From positions 207,694 through 224,486 of the forward strand of contig RQSC01000014.1 in NCBI GenBank assembly GCA_013416795.1: DNA of 16,793 nt. The letters are read 5' to 3'. The position numbers were made by a program, and so were the translations under genes. The notes beneath the pieces are model-generated. The model had not been told where the DNA came from and ran no database searches. It worked only from the letters and a program-made list of their open reading frames with translations. Shown here one piece after another: positions 1-9,498 of this stretch. This stretch comes from Prasinococcaceae sp. CCMP 1430. Its lineage: Eukaryota; Plantae; Prasinodermophyta. Within the stretch, counting starts at the first letter, position 1. Each line of letters starts with the position of its first letter.

Positions 1-2
1 CG

Positions 3-1688
3 GCCGCCGCCGCGGCCTTCGCGTACGGCGCGTACGATGACGCGCGGCGGCAGGAGCGGCACGCGCAGGGCGGCGTGCAGGAGGCGCGAGCGCGCACGGC
101 CGCGGCGGCGCTGCAGCGCTCGCTGCGCACGCTGGGCACGGCCGCCGTCGTCTCGGTCGACTACAAGTTCTCGCTGGGCGGGCTCACCGAGGGCGAGGAC
201 GACTACCTAGCGGCGCGGCTCGCCTGCCACGAGCGCTCCGCCAGGCGCATGCTGGAGCTCTGCCGCGCCAACGCCGGGTTCTACATCAAGGTGGCGCAGT
301 ACGTCAGCACGCTGTCCGTGCCCCAGCCCTTCGTCGACGCGCTCAGCTCGCTGCAGGACCGCGCGGTGCAGAGCAGCGCCGAGAGCGTGCGCCGCACGCT
401 GGCGTCGCAGCTCGGCGCGGGCGTCGCCGACGAGATGCTGCGCGGCATCGACCTCGACGCGCCCGTTGGCTGCGCGTCGCTCGCGCAGGTGCACCGCGCG
501 GAGCTGCCCGATGGCAGAGCCGTTGCCGTCAAGGTGCAGCACGAATCTGTCGCGGAGGAGCTTGCCACCGACGTGGCCACCCTGCGCGCAGTGGTGGCGG
601 GCGTGCACATGGCCTTCGGCTGGGACTTTCGCTGGGCCGTGCCCGACTTCGAGCGGCACGTGGGCCAGGAGCTTGACTTCACGCACGAGGGGCGCAACGC
701 CGAGCGCGCGGCGTCCAACCTCGAGCGCTCGAGGCTGCCCGTTCACGTTCCTTCCATCCACTGGGAGCTCACCACCGACAAGGTGCTCGTGATGGAGTGG
801 TGCGAGGGCACGCGCGCCACGAATCTCGAGCTGCTCGAGGCGAACTCCGCCAGCGCGAAGGAAGCCGCGCGCCTGCTGGCAGAGACGTTCGCGGAGCAGG
901 TTTGCGTGCACGGCTTCGTGCACGCCGACCTGCACCCCGGAAACCTGCTCTTTCGCGGCGTGGCCGGCACGCCGACGAGCGAGACACCCTCGGGCGGCAT
1001 GGAGCTGGTCTTGCTCGACCACGGCGCGTACCGCGAGCTGGACGACCAGATCCGTGTGGCCTACTGCTCGCTGCTGCGCGCAGTCGCCGTCGGCGACGAA
1101 GCCGGGGCGGAGCGCGCGGCGGTCACACTGCTCGGCGAGAGTGGGCAGATGGCGGCGCGCTTCCTGCCGCTCATGCTTGCTGGCCCTGTCAAGGGCAAGA
1201 ACGAGTCGCCCAGGATGGCGGCGCTGCGCGCGGAGGCGCGCAAGATGAAACTCGATGACGTGGCCAAGCTGCTTGACAACATGCCCGTGGCGCTGCTGGC
1301 GACGCTGCGCGCGGGCCGCGTCGCGCAGAACGTCTCCGAGCGCATGGGGCTCGACCGCGCGGAGCGTTTAATTGTGCAGGCGCGCGCGGCGCTGCGCGGG
1401 CGGCGCAATGCCCACGCCGAGGCGAGCTCCGACGGCGGCGGTGCGAGCCGCCTGCGCACAGAGCTCGACATCGTCGCGCTGGATACCTACGTGAAGCTCC
1501 AGCGAACGCTGGAGCTGTTCGGAGTAGGCAGGCTCGCCGCAATGCGCAGGCAGGCCGCGACAGAGGCCACAGAGCGCAGGCGCGCCGAGGAGGCCAACGC
1601 AGAGACGGCGCTCGACGTCAATGTACAGCCTCCTTTGGCCGATGGCGCCGAGCGAGTCATGGCCGCGTCCACCTCGCGAAGGATGTGA
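3..1688 (+). CDS. ABC1/UbiB-family atypical protein kinase (ADCK1/ADCK5-like), 5'-truncated by the window edge
   Basis: Frame is open from position 3 (AAAAAFAYGAYDDARR...) to TGA 1686-1688. UbiB motifs: FYIKVAQ (KxGQ position), LSSLQD, GCASLAQVHRA, VAVKVQH, ELDFTHEGRNA, VLVMEW, GFVHADLHPGN, LVLLDHG (LDHG is typical of the ADCK1/5 branch). Confidence 0.92.
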   Translation, partial: AAAAAFAYGAYDDARRQERHAQGGVQEARARTAAAALQRSLRTLGTAAVVSVDYKFSLGGLTEGEDDYLAARLACHERSARRMLELCRANAGFYIKVAQYVSTLSVPQPFVDALSSLQDRAVQSSAESVRRTLASQLGAGVADEMLRGIDLDAPVGCASLAQVHRAELPDGRAVAVKVQHESVAEELATDVATLRAVVAGVHMAFGWDFRWAVPDFERHVGQELDFTHEGRNAERAASNLERSRLPVHVPSIHWELTTDKVLVMEWCEGTRATNLELLEANSASAKEAARLLAETFAEQVCVHGFVHADLHPGNLLFRGVAGTPTSETPSGGMELVLLDHGAYRELDDQIRVAYCSLLRAVAVGDEAGAERAAVTLLGESGQMAARFLPLMLAGPVKGKNESPRMAALRAEARKMKLDDVAKLLDNMPVALLATLRAGRVAQNVSERMGLDRAERLIVQARAALRGRRNAHAEASSDGGGASRLRTELDIVALDTYVKLQRTLELFGVGRLAAMRRQAATEATERRRAEEANAETALDVNVQPPLADGAERVMAASTSRRM

Positions 1689-1828
1689 GAGGACCAACGT
1701 GTACACTAGACATTTCATTTGCGAGAAGGGATGCCACGTGTGCCCTTGTTGCCATCACTATCGAAAAATCACATTTTCGTCGACGAAGGAGTCACGTGCG
1801 AGCGCCTAGCGCAGCGCCGCAACGGCCG

Positions 1829-1841
1829 CAGCAGCAGCAGC

Positions 1842-1923
<82 letters not shown>

Positions 1924-1924
1924 G
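1829..1924. repeat. Trinucleotide microsatellite (CAG)8 TAG (CAG)15 TAG (CAG)7
   Basis: Read directly: 32 triplets with TAG interruptions at 1853 and 1901, located between two convergent stop codons. Confidence 0.97.
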
Positions 1925-1951
1925 CGAGGCGAGGCGAGGGCGTGGATGACG

Positions 1952-3133
1952 TCACTCAATACTTGTGGCAGTCTTCGCTGCGCCAGCCGCTGCCTGCGTC
2001 TGCCGCGCCTCGTACGCGATGCGCGCTCCGAAGCGCTCGGGTGTCTCAATCGCAAGCGCGAGTCGCCCACCGGGTGCGCTCGCCAGCGGAACCTCGAGGC
2101 TCACCGATGCGAGGAAGAGGCCGCCAACGCCAGCCTCGACCAGCGATACCTCGGCCGCATCGAAAGCTTGTCGCCGCGACACGTGGTCCTCCGCGTTTCT
2201 TTCAGACTCGTCTGACTCCTCGCCCCTCACGACCTCGGCAATGAAGTTGTCAGCCCCAACATCACCTGGCTCGTTGTGCTTGTAGCGACGCGAGGCGTAT
2301 CTGTGGTCGCCAACGATTGAGTGCCCCAGCATCGCCAGGTGGCGCCTGAGCTGGTGTTTGTAACCCGTGTGCGGTCGGAGGCGCACCAGCGTGAGCGTTT
2401 CTTTTCGGCCCATGTGGTGACTAAGCGGTTCGACTCGCGTGAGAGCGGGCAGCATGCGGTCCGTTTTCTGGTCGCTGAGACGAAGGTCGCAGACGAGTGG
2501 TGCGAGATTCATCGCCCCGTGTACGAGCGCAACGTACTCCTTCCTCGTCTCTCTCAACTCGAAAGCGCGCTGCGCTTCGACGAGCGCGCCGTGCGCCTTC
2601 GCAAGGAGAAGCACACCCTCGACCGGCTTGTCGAATCTATGGCACGCGCGCGGCCGAGCGAGCGCCCCCAGGGCGCTCGTGGGCGAGCAGAGATGCGCTG
2701 CTATGCGCTCGCAGGTCCAACCAACCTTGGCGATCGTGGGCAAACCCGCGGGCTTGACCAGAGCGAGCACGTGCGCGTCCTCGTAGATGAGGCGCACGCT
2801 GCGCAGCTCGTCTGGCACGCCGTCCAAGCACAGTGGTGGCGCACCTCCGGCTCGTCGCCGCAAGCTGATGAGCGCCCCCGGCTGGACGACGCTAGCCAGG
2901 CCCTGCGCCTGGGCACCATCAACCCACACCTCCCCACGGCGCACCGCGCGTTTCGCCTGCGTGGCCGAACGCATGCCGAGGGGCGCTGCGAGCGACAAGA
3001 GCGCCTCGGACACGCGCACCGCCTCTTCCCCGCCATAAGCCACGCTCGCGACGGTCGCGATGCGTTTACGTGCCCACTCACGACCGCGCGGCACGCAAGC
3101 TGCCGAGTCAGAGGGGGCGCTGCCATGGGCCAT
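1952..3133 (-). CDS. RluA/RluD-family RNA pseudouridine synthase with N-terminal S4-like domain (first in-frame ATG at 3133; start uncertain)
   Basis: S4-like RSATQAKRAVRRGEVWVDG; IYEDAHVLALVKPAGLPT (motif I); HRFD with catalytic Asp (motif II); KEYVALVHG; TGYKHQLRRHLAMLGHSIVGDHRY; stop at 1952-1954. Confidence 0.9.
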   Translation of the reverse strand: MAHGSAPSDSAACVPRGREWARKRIATVASVAYGGEEAVRVSEALLSLAAPLGMRSATQAKRAVRRGEVWVDGAQAQGLASVVQPGALISLRRRAGGAPPLCLDGVPDELRSVRLIYEDAHVLALVKPAGLPTIAKVGWTCERIAAHLCSPTSALGALARPRACHRFDKPVEGVLLLAKAHGALVEAQRAFELRETRKEYVALVHGAMNLAPLVCDLRLSDQKTDRMLPALTRVEPLSHHMGRKETLTLVRLRPHTGYKHQLRRHLAMLGHSIVGDHRYASRRYKHNEPGDVGADNFIAEVVRGEESDESERNAEDHVSRRQAFDAAEVSLVEAGVGGLFLASVSLEVPLASAPGGRLALAIETPERFGARIAYEARQTQAAAGAAKTATSIE

Positions 3134-3463
3134 CGCGCACGCCCACGCAACCACACGTGCCGGGGTCGGGCGTCCTGCCACACGCGTCACGCCCGAAGCG
3201 ACCCCTTCCGGCGCGCGCACGGCGCGGCGGAGGGAGGGAAGGAATCAAGCTCGCAGCCCCCGTACGCCAGCTCCCCTTGGCTGCGGCGACCCCTCACCCC
3301 CCCCCCCGGGCCGGAAGGTGCGCGCCGAGTGACCACCTGCGACACCGGGGAATTTTTGGTCGGGCGGAGCTGGACACGCTGCATTCGCACCACAGGGCGC
3401 GCGCGCTGCGCCACCCCGCGCGGGGCCGCCGCGGGTCGCGCCGCCCCGTGTGATCCCTCGACG

Positions 3464-4987
3464 ATGGGCGGCTCTGGCGCGAGCGCTACTGTCGTCGTGC
3501 AGGTTGGCCAGTGCGGCAACCAGCTTGGCGGCGCGCTGCTCGACGAGCTACATGCGCACGACTGCGGCGGCGAGGGGGCATACTTCCGAGAGGGTGGCAG
3601 GGGGGCGAGCGTTGCGCGCGCTGTGCTGCTGGACACGGAGCCCAAGGTTGTGCGCGCGGCGCTGGACCGGGGTGGAGTGGGCTGGCGTTACGACGGCGGT
3701 GGCGCCGCAGTCATCGGCGGAGGCGGTGGCGCCGGCAACAACTGGGCGTCAGGCTTCTATGAGCATGGTGCCGCGGCGGCCGAGCTCGCGTGCGAGCGGG
3801 TGCGGCGCGAGGCGGAGCATGCGGACGCACTTGGCGGCATGCTGCTGGTGCATAGCGTGGCGGGTGGCACAGGCAGCGGCGCAGGCTGTGCGGCCGCGGC
3901 GGCGCTGCGCGACGCCTTCCCTGCCGTGAATATGCTCTCGTGCGCAGTGTGCCCCTTCGAGAGCGGGGAGGTCGCGGTGCAGAGCTACAATGGTGGGTGT
4001 GCGCCCCTGCGGCGTTCGCACCATGTCGCGCGTTCGCGACCGTGTGCAAGCTGTGGCACGTGCGCGTAAGCGAGCTGACTCCCCGCCCCACCCGACTTCT
4101 TTAACCCCCCCTCCCCCGCGCATTCCTCGCATGCGCTTGTTCACTCGCTCACGCGCTCTGCAGCTCTCCTCACGCTCGACGCCGTGAGTGCCGCCGCCGA
4201 CGGCATCATTCTGCAGCGGAACGAGTCGTTGGCGTCGCTTGCCACTTCTCGCTACGGCGTGCGCAGCCCCGCACTGAGCGACTTGAATGGGCTGGCAGCC
4301 GACGCGATTGCGTCCTGCCTCGCGCACTCTGGCGCGTCGCACGCCGGCTGCTCGCACTCGAGCTCGCCCCTGCGCCCCCTGCCCGACCTGTGCGAGCACC
4401 TGTGCTGCCATCCGGCGTACAAGCTTCTGACACCACACGTCGCACCGCACGTACCGCACGCTGCGCGTGACTTCGAGAAGCTGCACTGGCCGGCGGTGCT
4501 CAAGGAGCTGCGCCGGTCGATGGAGGCACGCGCACAGAACGTGCATGCAGCGAACCCGCGCTGCGCGGGCGGGCGGGCGGGCGGTGGAAGCGTAGGAGGC
4601 GACGGAGTCACCGTGCAGGCATGCAGGGCGCTATCGTCCGCAGTTGTCCTGCGCGGGGACGGAGCGTCTCAGATGGATGCCTCCGAGGTGTGCGCGCCAG
4701 AGTTGTATGCGCGCTGGTCACCAGCGGGTGCTCGCACGCTGGTGGCGGCGGGGCCGCGCCGCAGCTCGGCCGCGCTCGCCAAGCGTGCGGCGGCACTCTG
4801 CAATTCGTCGGCGGCTGTGCCGCCAGTGGCTGCAGCCGCCGAACGCGCGTACTCAATGTACGCCGCGCGCGCGTATGTGCACCAGTACGAGGCGCACGGC
4901 GGCAGCGCGGCGGACATTGAAGCAGGGCTCGCGGCTGCGGAGGAGACGCTGTCGAGCTACGCCGCCCTCCACCAAGAGCTCCCATGA
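3464..4987 (+). CDS. TUBD1: Delta-tubulin (UNI3 orthologue); exons 3464-3992 and 4164-4987, 450 aa
   Basis: QVGQCGNQLG, GAGNNWASG and HSVAGGTGSG tubulin signatures. Splicing restores the delta-type PFESGEVAVQSYN/ALLTL...DGIILQRNE. C-terminal MYAARAYVHQY also resembles delta-tubulin. Confidence 0.92.
3993..4163 (+). other. Spliceosomal intron of delta-tubulin (171 nt, phase 1)
   Basis: GTGGGT donor, GCTGAC at 4074-4079, CTGCAG acceptor; restores frame and the conserved YNALLTL. Confidence 0.88.
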
Positions 4988-5480
4988 GCAGCGGCTCGCA
5001 GGGTAATATCGATCTAATAATTGACGGTCGACCGCACGCGAGCGCGCGCAGCGCGCGCTCGCCCGCCGACGTCGCACGAGCACACGGCGCCGCGCCCGCA
5101 CGAGAGAGCACTGCCCGCCTCGCGACCGCGTCCACCGCGTGCGCCCTCGCGGCTCGGGCAACACTCGTGCATGCTATTGAAGGTTTGAATTGAGAGGGTC
5201 TACAATCAAGTGCCTTCCTTGAACCTTTCAACCACGTTCTGCCCTGGCCATGGGATGCGATGGGCAGTTGCAGGGCTCCAGGTGCAGGTTGAGGCGGTTT
5301 GGTTTGGGGTGCATTCGAAAGAGGGTCGTGCAGTGCCACAGTAGTCGCGCGCGCTTGGGGAACGCGAGCGCGCCAGACCGCGGGCCGGGCCGCCCGCGGC
5401 GACCGCGGGCGCGCTCCGCGCAGCGATTGCAGGGCAGTGGAGGCTGGGGGGCTCTTGGGGCAGCGCGGGGCCTGTCAACG

Positions 5481-6795
5481 ATGGTGTCCGCGCCGATAGG
5501 CGTCGTGGTGCCCGTGGCTGCCAGCGCGTCGGCGCTCTACGGCAACCTGAGTGCTGCAGGCGGTCGCGTGGCACACGTGCACAAGGACGAGGTGTGGATA
5601 AATGCCCAGGAGAGCCTGCTCATGGGGGAGAGCAAAGGGGAGGTCGAGGTGAGAGCAGTCGCTACGTGTATGCGCGCGATTGCGAGTGCGATAGATGCGG
5701 GCCGTCGGGGGTGTCTGGGAGGCGTGCGCACGCGGCTGGGAGGAGGGAGGTTTCCCGATGGAGCCCGGAATAAGAACGAGCTGGCGCCTGTCCTGACGCG
5801 CGCCGTCGCAATTGCGGGCGCGCCGATCCGCGCGCGCGCAGGCGACAGCCGCGACGGTCGGGGCGAAGAGCACAGGCTCCGGCACATTAGGCGGCAAGCG
5901 CTCTCAACGCGAGGCTGCCGCGACTGTGTCATCGGCGCGGTTGGTGACAATGGGCACAGGCCCCAATGAAACGTACCTGGTGACGATGACTTCGGCGGGG
6001 CTCACCACTTGCGACTCGAGGGGGCGTGGGCGCGTGCTCGCCTTCGACATCCCGCCGGAGGACGCGGCTGCGGCTCAGGCGCTTGGGCAGAGACCCTCCA
6101 TACGCGGCGCGTGCTGCGTGCGCACTGCCGACGGCAGCGGCATGCACCTCGTCGCGGGAGGGAGCACGGGCGCGGTGTACGTATTCACGTACACACAAGA
6201 CGCCGGCGGCACCTTTGAATACCGTGGCAAGTTCAAGGAGCATAGCGACGCGCTCATCGACGTCAGCTCTGAGGCGGACGTCCGTGGCGACGGTGGCAGC
6301 GCGTGCGGCATTGGGGAGAGCGCCTGCCAGATGCTCAGCGCTGATCAGGAAGGCCGCGTTGTGGCGTGGCTGTGTCCTGACGCGCAAAGCTACTGCCCGC
6401 TGCACATTTTCCCAGCCACGGGGCAGCCGTGTGTGGGCGCGCGCATGCGTGGCGACACCATGGTGAGCGCCTACCTCGATGGCATGCTGCGGGTGCACAA
6501 CCTGCGCTCGGCTGCGTTGCTCTGCGAGGTCAAGGCGCACGCGCGCTTCCTCAACGCGATCGCCATGCACCCCACTGCCTTCTGCGTTGCAACCGCTGCC
6601 CAGGACTCGTCGCTCGCGGTGTGGAATTTTGCGGACAGCGCGGACGGGAGGGATGGCGGCGTGCCTAAGCTGGTGTTGTCCAGCAGCTGGAAGGGCGGCA
6701 TGCTGTGCGGTGCGGCGTTCGTGGGCGACCGCATCGCCGTGACGGCGTATGATCGCGCGGAGCTCCGTTTGTACCCGCTTCCATCACTCGCGTGA
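5481..6795 (+). CDS. WDR54: WD40-repeat protein, WDR54-like; exons 5481-5648 and 5842-6795, 373 aa
   Basis: N-terminal ASASALYGNLS, then VAGGSTGAVYVF, SADQEGRVVAW, AHARFLNAIAMHP, AQDSSLAVW and C-terminal LCGAAF...AVTAYDRAELRLY, all resembling WDR54 as I recall it. A phase-0 intron joins the two ORFs. Confidence 0.85.
5649..5841 (+). other. Spliceosomal intron of WDR54-like gene (193 nt, phase 0)
   Basis: GAG|GTGAGA donor, CCTGAC at 5792-5797, GCGCAG acceptor is the first AG after the branch motif; frame preserved. Confidence 0.8.
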
Positions 6796-6931
6796 GAGCG
6801 CTGAGTGCGCCCGCGCCATGCGAGGGATGCGTAATGCGAAGGGACTCGAGGCGGGGGGCGAGGGGAGGCGGCGTCGAGCGAAAACAATCTGAGTACAATT
6901 CACAGCAGCGGGCGACGGCATTGCGCGCTTG

Positions 6932-7438
6932 CTATCCTTCGTAAGTCGGGCGCAGAGCCTCTGTGAGCGGCGTATCTGCCGCACCCGGCTTGCGGTCAGG
7001 CTCGCCCTCTTCACCCCAGCGCGCCTTGATGACGCGCTCGCGCACCTGCTTGAGTGAGGGTCGAGCGACGTGTGCGCCCGAGGCGTTGCGGCCGACGGTC
7101 ATGCGTGTCTTGAGGCCACTGTCGTCCACCACCCAGCGCGATCGCACGGGCTTCTTTGTGAGCGGATCGGCCAGGCCTACGTTCGAGTACGCGATCGGCA
7201 TCTCGATCTCAACCCAACGCGGGCGGCCCGGTGTGTCTGACTTGATGGGCTTGCGCCGCTTGTTGAGGCCCTCCACCACCACGCGCATCTCCTTGCGCAA
7301 CACCTCCTTGACCACGCCAGTCTTGCCCTTTTCGCGCCCCGCGCGGACCACCACCGTGTCGCCGCGCACGATCTTCCACGAGCCGCCCCGTGCAGCCTCG
7401 CTACGCAGCCGCTCGCGCAGTACGCGACCCATTGCCAT
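6932..7438 (-). CDS. MRPL24: Mitochondrial large-subunit ribosomal protein uL24 (ATG at 7438 or 7432)
   Basis: WKIVRGDTVVVRAGREKGKTGVV (KOW), RVVVEGLN, EMPIAYSNVGLADP. C-terminal extension SGAHVARP...GAADTP...PTY resembles plant mitochondrial L24. Confidence 0.9.
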   Translation of the reverse strand: MAMGRVLRERLRSEAARGGSWKIVRGDTVVVRAGREKGKTGVVKEVLRKEMRVVVEGLNKRRKPIKSDTPGRPRWVEIEMPIAYSNVGLADPLTKKPVRSRWVVDDSGLKTRMTVGRNASGAHVARPSLKQVRERVIKARWGEEGEPDRKPGAADTPLTEALRPTYEG

Positions 7439-8321
7439 GCCGCGCGCCCCGGCATGCGGGGCACCTGGTGCGCCCGCGCAGGCGTGCGCGCAGCATGCAG
7501 CGGCGCCCACCGCACCACACGCCGGGCAGCCGCCGAGCCCGTCCGGCGAGGGGGCTCGGCGCGTCCCCGGCGATGGCGCCTGCGGCCTCCCAGGGCTTGG
7601 CCGCCATGCGCTCCGCCGCCCTGGACGCTTCCTCGCCCTCCTCTGCGATACCTTCCCCCCTCCCGCCTTGCCCCCCTTTCCCTCTCCGCTCTCACGCAAG
7701 GGCACGACCCAGCGCAGCGGCGGCACCCTGCGCGGGACACCGCGCGCGCTCGCTCGCTCGCTCACCAACGGCCCCCTCGCCGCTGCTGTCGCCCTCCGGA
7801 GCCGCCGCCGCACTCCACGCTCCACCCGCGTCGCTCCGCGCGCCACACCCCGCCCGCCCCGCCCGCTCCGTCCGGCCGCGCTCTGGCACCTTCGGCCCCC
7901 CTCCCCGACCCCCCATGCGCGCGCCCCCGCCCTATACCCTCGCGCGCGGCGCGGAGCAGGCGCGCGCACCGCGAGTGCGGATGTCCATGCCGCGAGGGTG
8001 CACCCGCTCCGATGGCCGCGTTTCGCTTTGCATTTGATATGGGCGCGCGCCATTCCATGGTCGCGCGCATGCATGCGGGGGTGCGCCTCGTGCACCTGCG
8101 CGCGCGGGCTGGGCTGACGAGGCGATGGCGGTTGGAAGGGGGCGTGCGCGCATGGGGTGAGGGGGGGGGGAGGGGGGAGGGTCACAGCCCGCGCGCGCGC
8201 TGGGGCGCTTGCGCGCGAGCACAAGGACAACGCCCCCGCGCGCGCGCTCGCGCGCGCGTCCGCGAGCGAGTGCGCGCGCGCAGGCGCAGGCCGCGGCGGA
8301 GCGCCGCCGGCGGGGCGGGGG

Positions 8322-9041
8322 ATGCCGCCGCAGGGATTTCAGGCGGACGCGCCCCCGCGCGTGCGCAGCTGCCCCTCGCTCGTCGCGGCGTCCTTCGAGG
8401 CCGTGCAGGCGCGCCTTGAGGGGCGCGACGCGCGCAGCATCTACACGGACGCGGCTGTCGTGCCGGCGGGCGAGCGCTGTCCGCTCTTCGTCACGTTCAA
8501 CGTTGCGAGCGCGGCGGGCGGGCGCGGCTGCTTCGGCGGCGGCGGGGGGGACGGCGGCCTGCGCCTGCGCGGCTGCATCGGCTCGCTCGAGCCGCTCGAG
8601 GTTCGCAGCGGCGTGACCCAGTTCGCGCAGCGCAGCGCGTTCTCCGACCGCCGCTTCCCTCCAATCACTGCCAGCGAGCTCCCTCGCCTGCACTGCTGCG
8701 TGTCGCTGCTCACGAATTACGAGCGCGCGGATCACGTGCACGACTGGGTTGTCGGCACGCACGGCATCATCCTCGAGTTTCGCGACCCGCGCGGCACGCG
8801 CCGCTCGGCGACATACCTGCCCGAGGTTGCTGGCGAGCAAGGATGGAACCAGCGCGAGGCGATCGAGTCGCTCGTGCAAAAGGCGGGCTGGGCGGGCGCA
8901 ATCACGCAGGCCATGCTGGATGCTGCAAGCCTCACGCGCTACCAGAGCTCCAAGTGCAGCATGTCCTACCAGCACTTTAAGGACTCGTGGCTCGCCGGCG
9001 TGCCTGCAGACGCAGCGACTGCTGCCGGTGCCAGTGGGTAG
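8322..9041 (+). CDS. AMMECR1: AMMECR1-domain protein, 239 aa from ATG 8322 (an upstream exon is not excluded)
   Basis: PLFVTF, LRGCIGS, AFSDRRFPPI, VSLLTNYE, DWVVGTHGI, SATYLPEVA..QGW, LTRYQS: hallmark AMMECR1 motifs. Confidence 0.92.
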   Translation: MPPQGFQADAPPRVRSCPSLVAASFEAVQARLEGRDARSIYTDAAVVPAGERCPLFVTFNVASAAGGRGCFGGGGGDGGLRLRGCIGSLEPLEVRSGVTQFAQRSAFSDRRFPPITASELPRLHCCVSLLTNYERADHVHDWVVGTHGIILEFRDPRGTRRSATYLPEVAGEQGWNQREAIESLVQKAGWAGAITQAMLDAASLTRYQSSKCSMSYQHFKDSWLAGVPADAATAAGASG

Positions 9042-9063
9042 GTACACGTGCATGCCAGTGGTT

Positions 9064-9103
9064 GGGGTGGGGTGGGGTGGGGTGGGTGGGGGGTACTAGG
9101 GGG
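9064..9103 (+). repeat. (GGGGT)n G-run tract, potential G-quadruplex in the AMMECR1 3' flank
   Basis: GGGGTGGGGTGGGGTGGGGTGGGTGGGGGG followed by TACTAGGGGG. Confidence 0.6.
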
Positions 9104-9498
9104 TGCCGGCACAAGTCGGGCGGTCGCTCGTCGCCGTCAGCTGTGCCGCGTGCATTTATGAATCGCGGCTGCCGCGGTGAAGCACGTTGACAGTGCGCAA
9201 GGGGCGCGCACTGATGGGACTCATGACAACACTACTCTCGCTGCAAGTCGCACTCGCGACCATTGATACGGATGCCCTCGCAAATAGCATTGGGATGGGG
9301 CAGGCAAGCGCGCCGCAACTGTAAAATACGCTTCCCGAGTCAAGGGAGTGTCTTGTGTCAAAAAAATGGCGACTGTGTCGGCTCCTTACTGGCGCCCTCT
9401 CTTTTGTATGTACGATGGGTCGAGGGTGGATCGGGCCAGAGGAGCTCGGCACAGGCGCTGCAGCCGCGTTGTGGAGTACGCCTCCGGGGCCTGTTGGC

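Noticed and set aside
1719-2070. Poly-Ser and poly-Cys ORFs
   Set aside because: They are translations of the CAG/CTG microsatellite with non-ATG starts and no other coding signal.
3351-3359. AATTTTTGG Sm-site-like sequence (possible snRNA)
   Set aside because: No U1/U2/U4/U5 conserved sequence around it; it lies in a divergent promoter.
6800-6845. TPP-riboswitch-like words (GCTGAG ... TAATGCGAAGGGA)
   Set aside because: Lacks the CCTGAT/P4-P5 core and P2-P3 pairing, and the neighbours are not thiamine genes.
9320-9324. TGTAA chlorophyte poly(A) signal after AMMECR1
   Set aside because: Single occurrence and not seen behind the other genes, so it cannot be supported.
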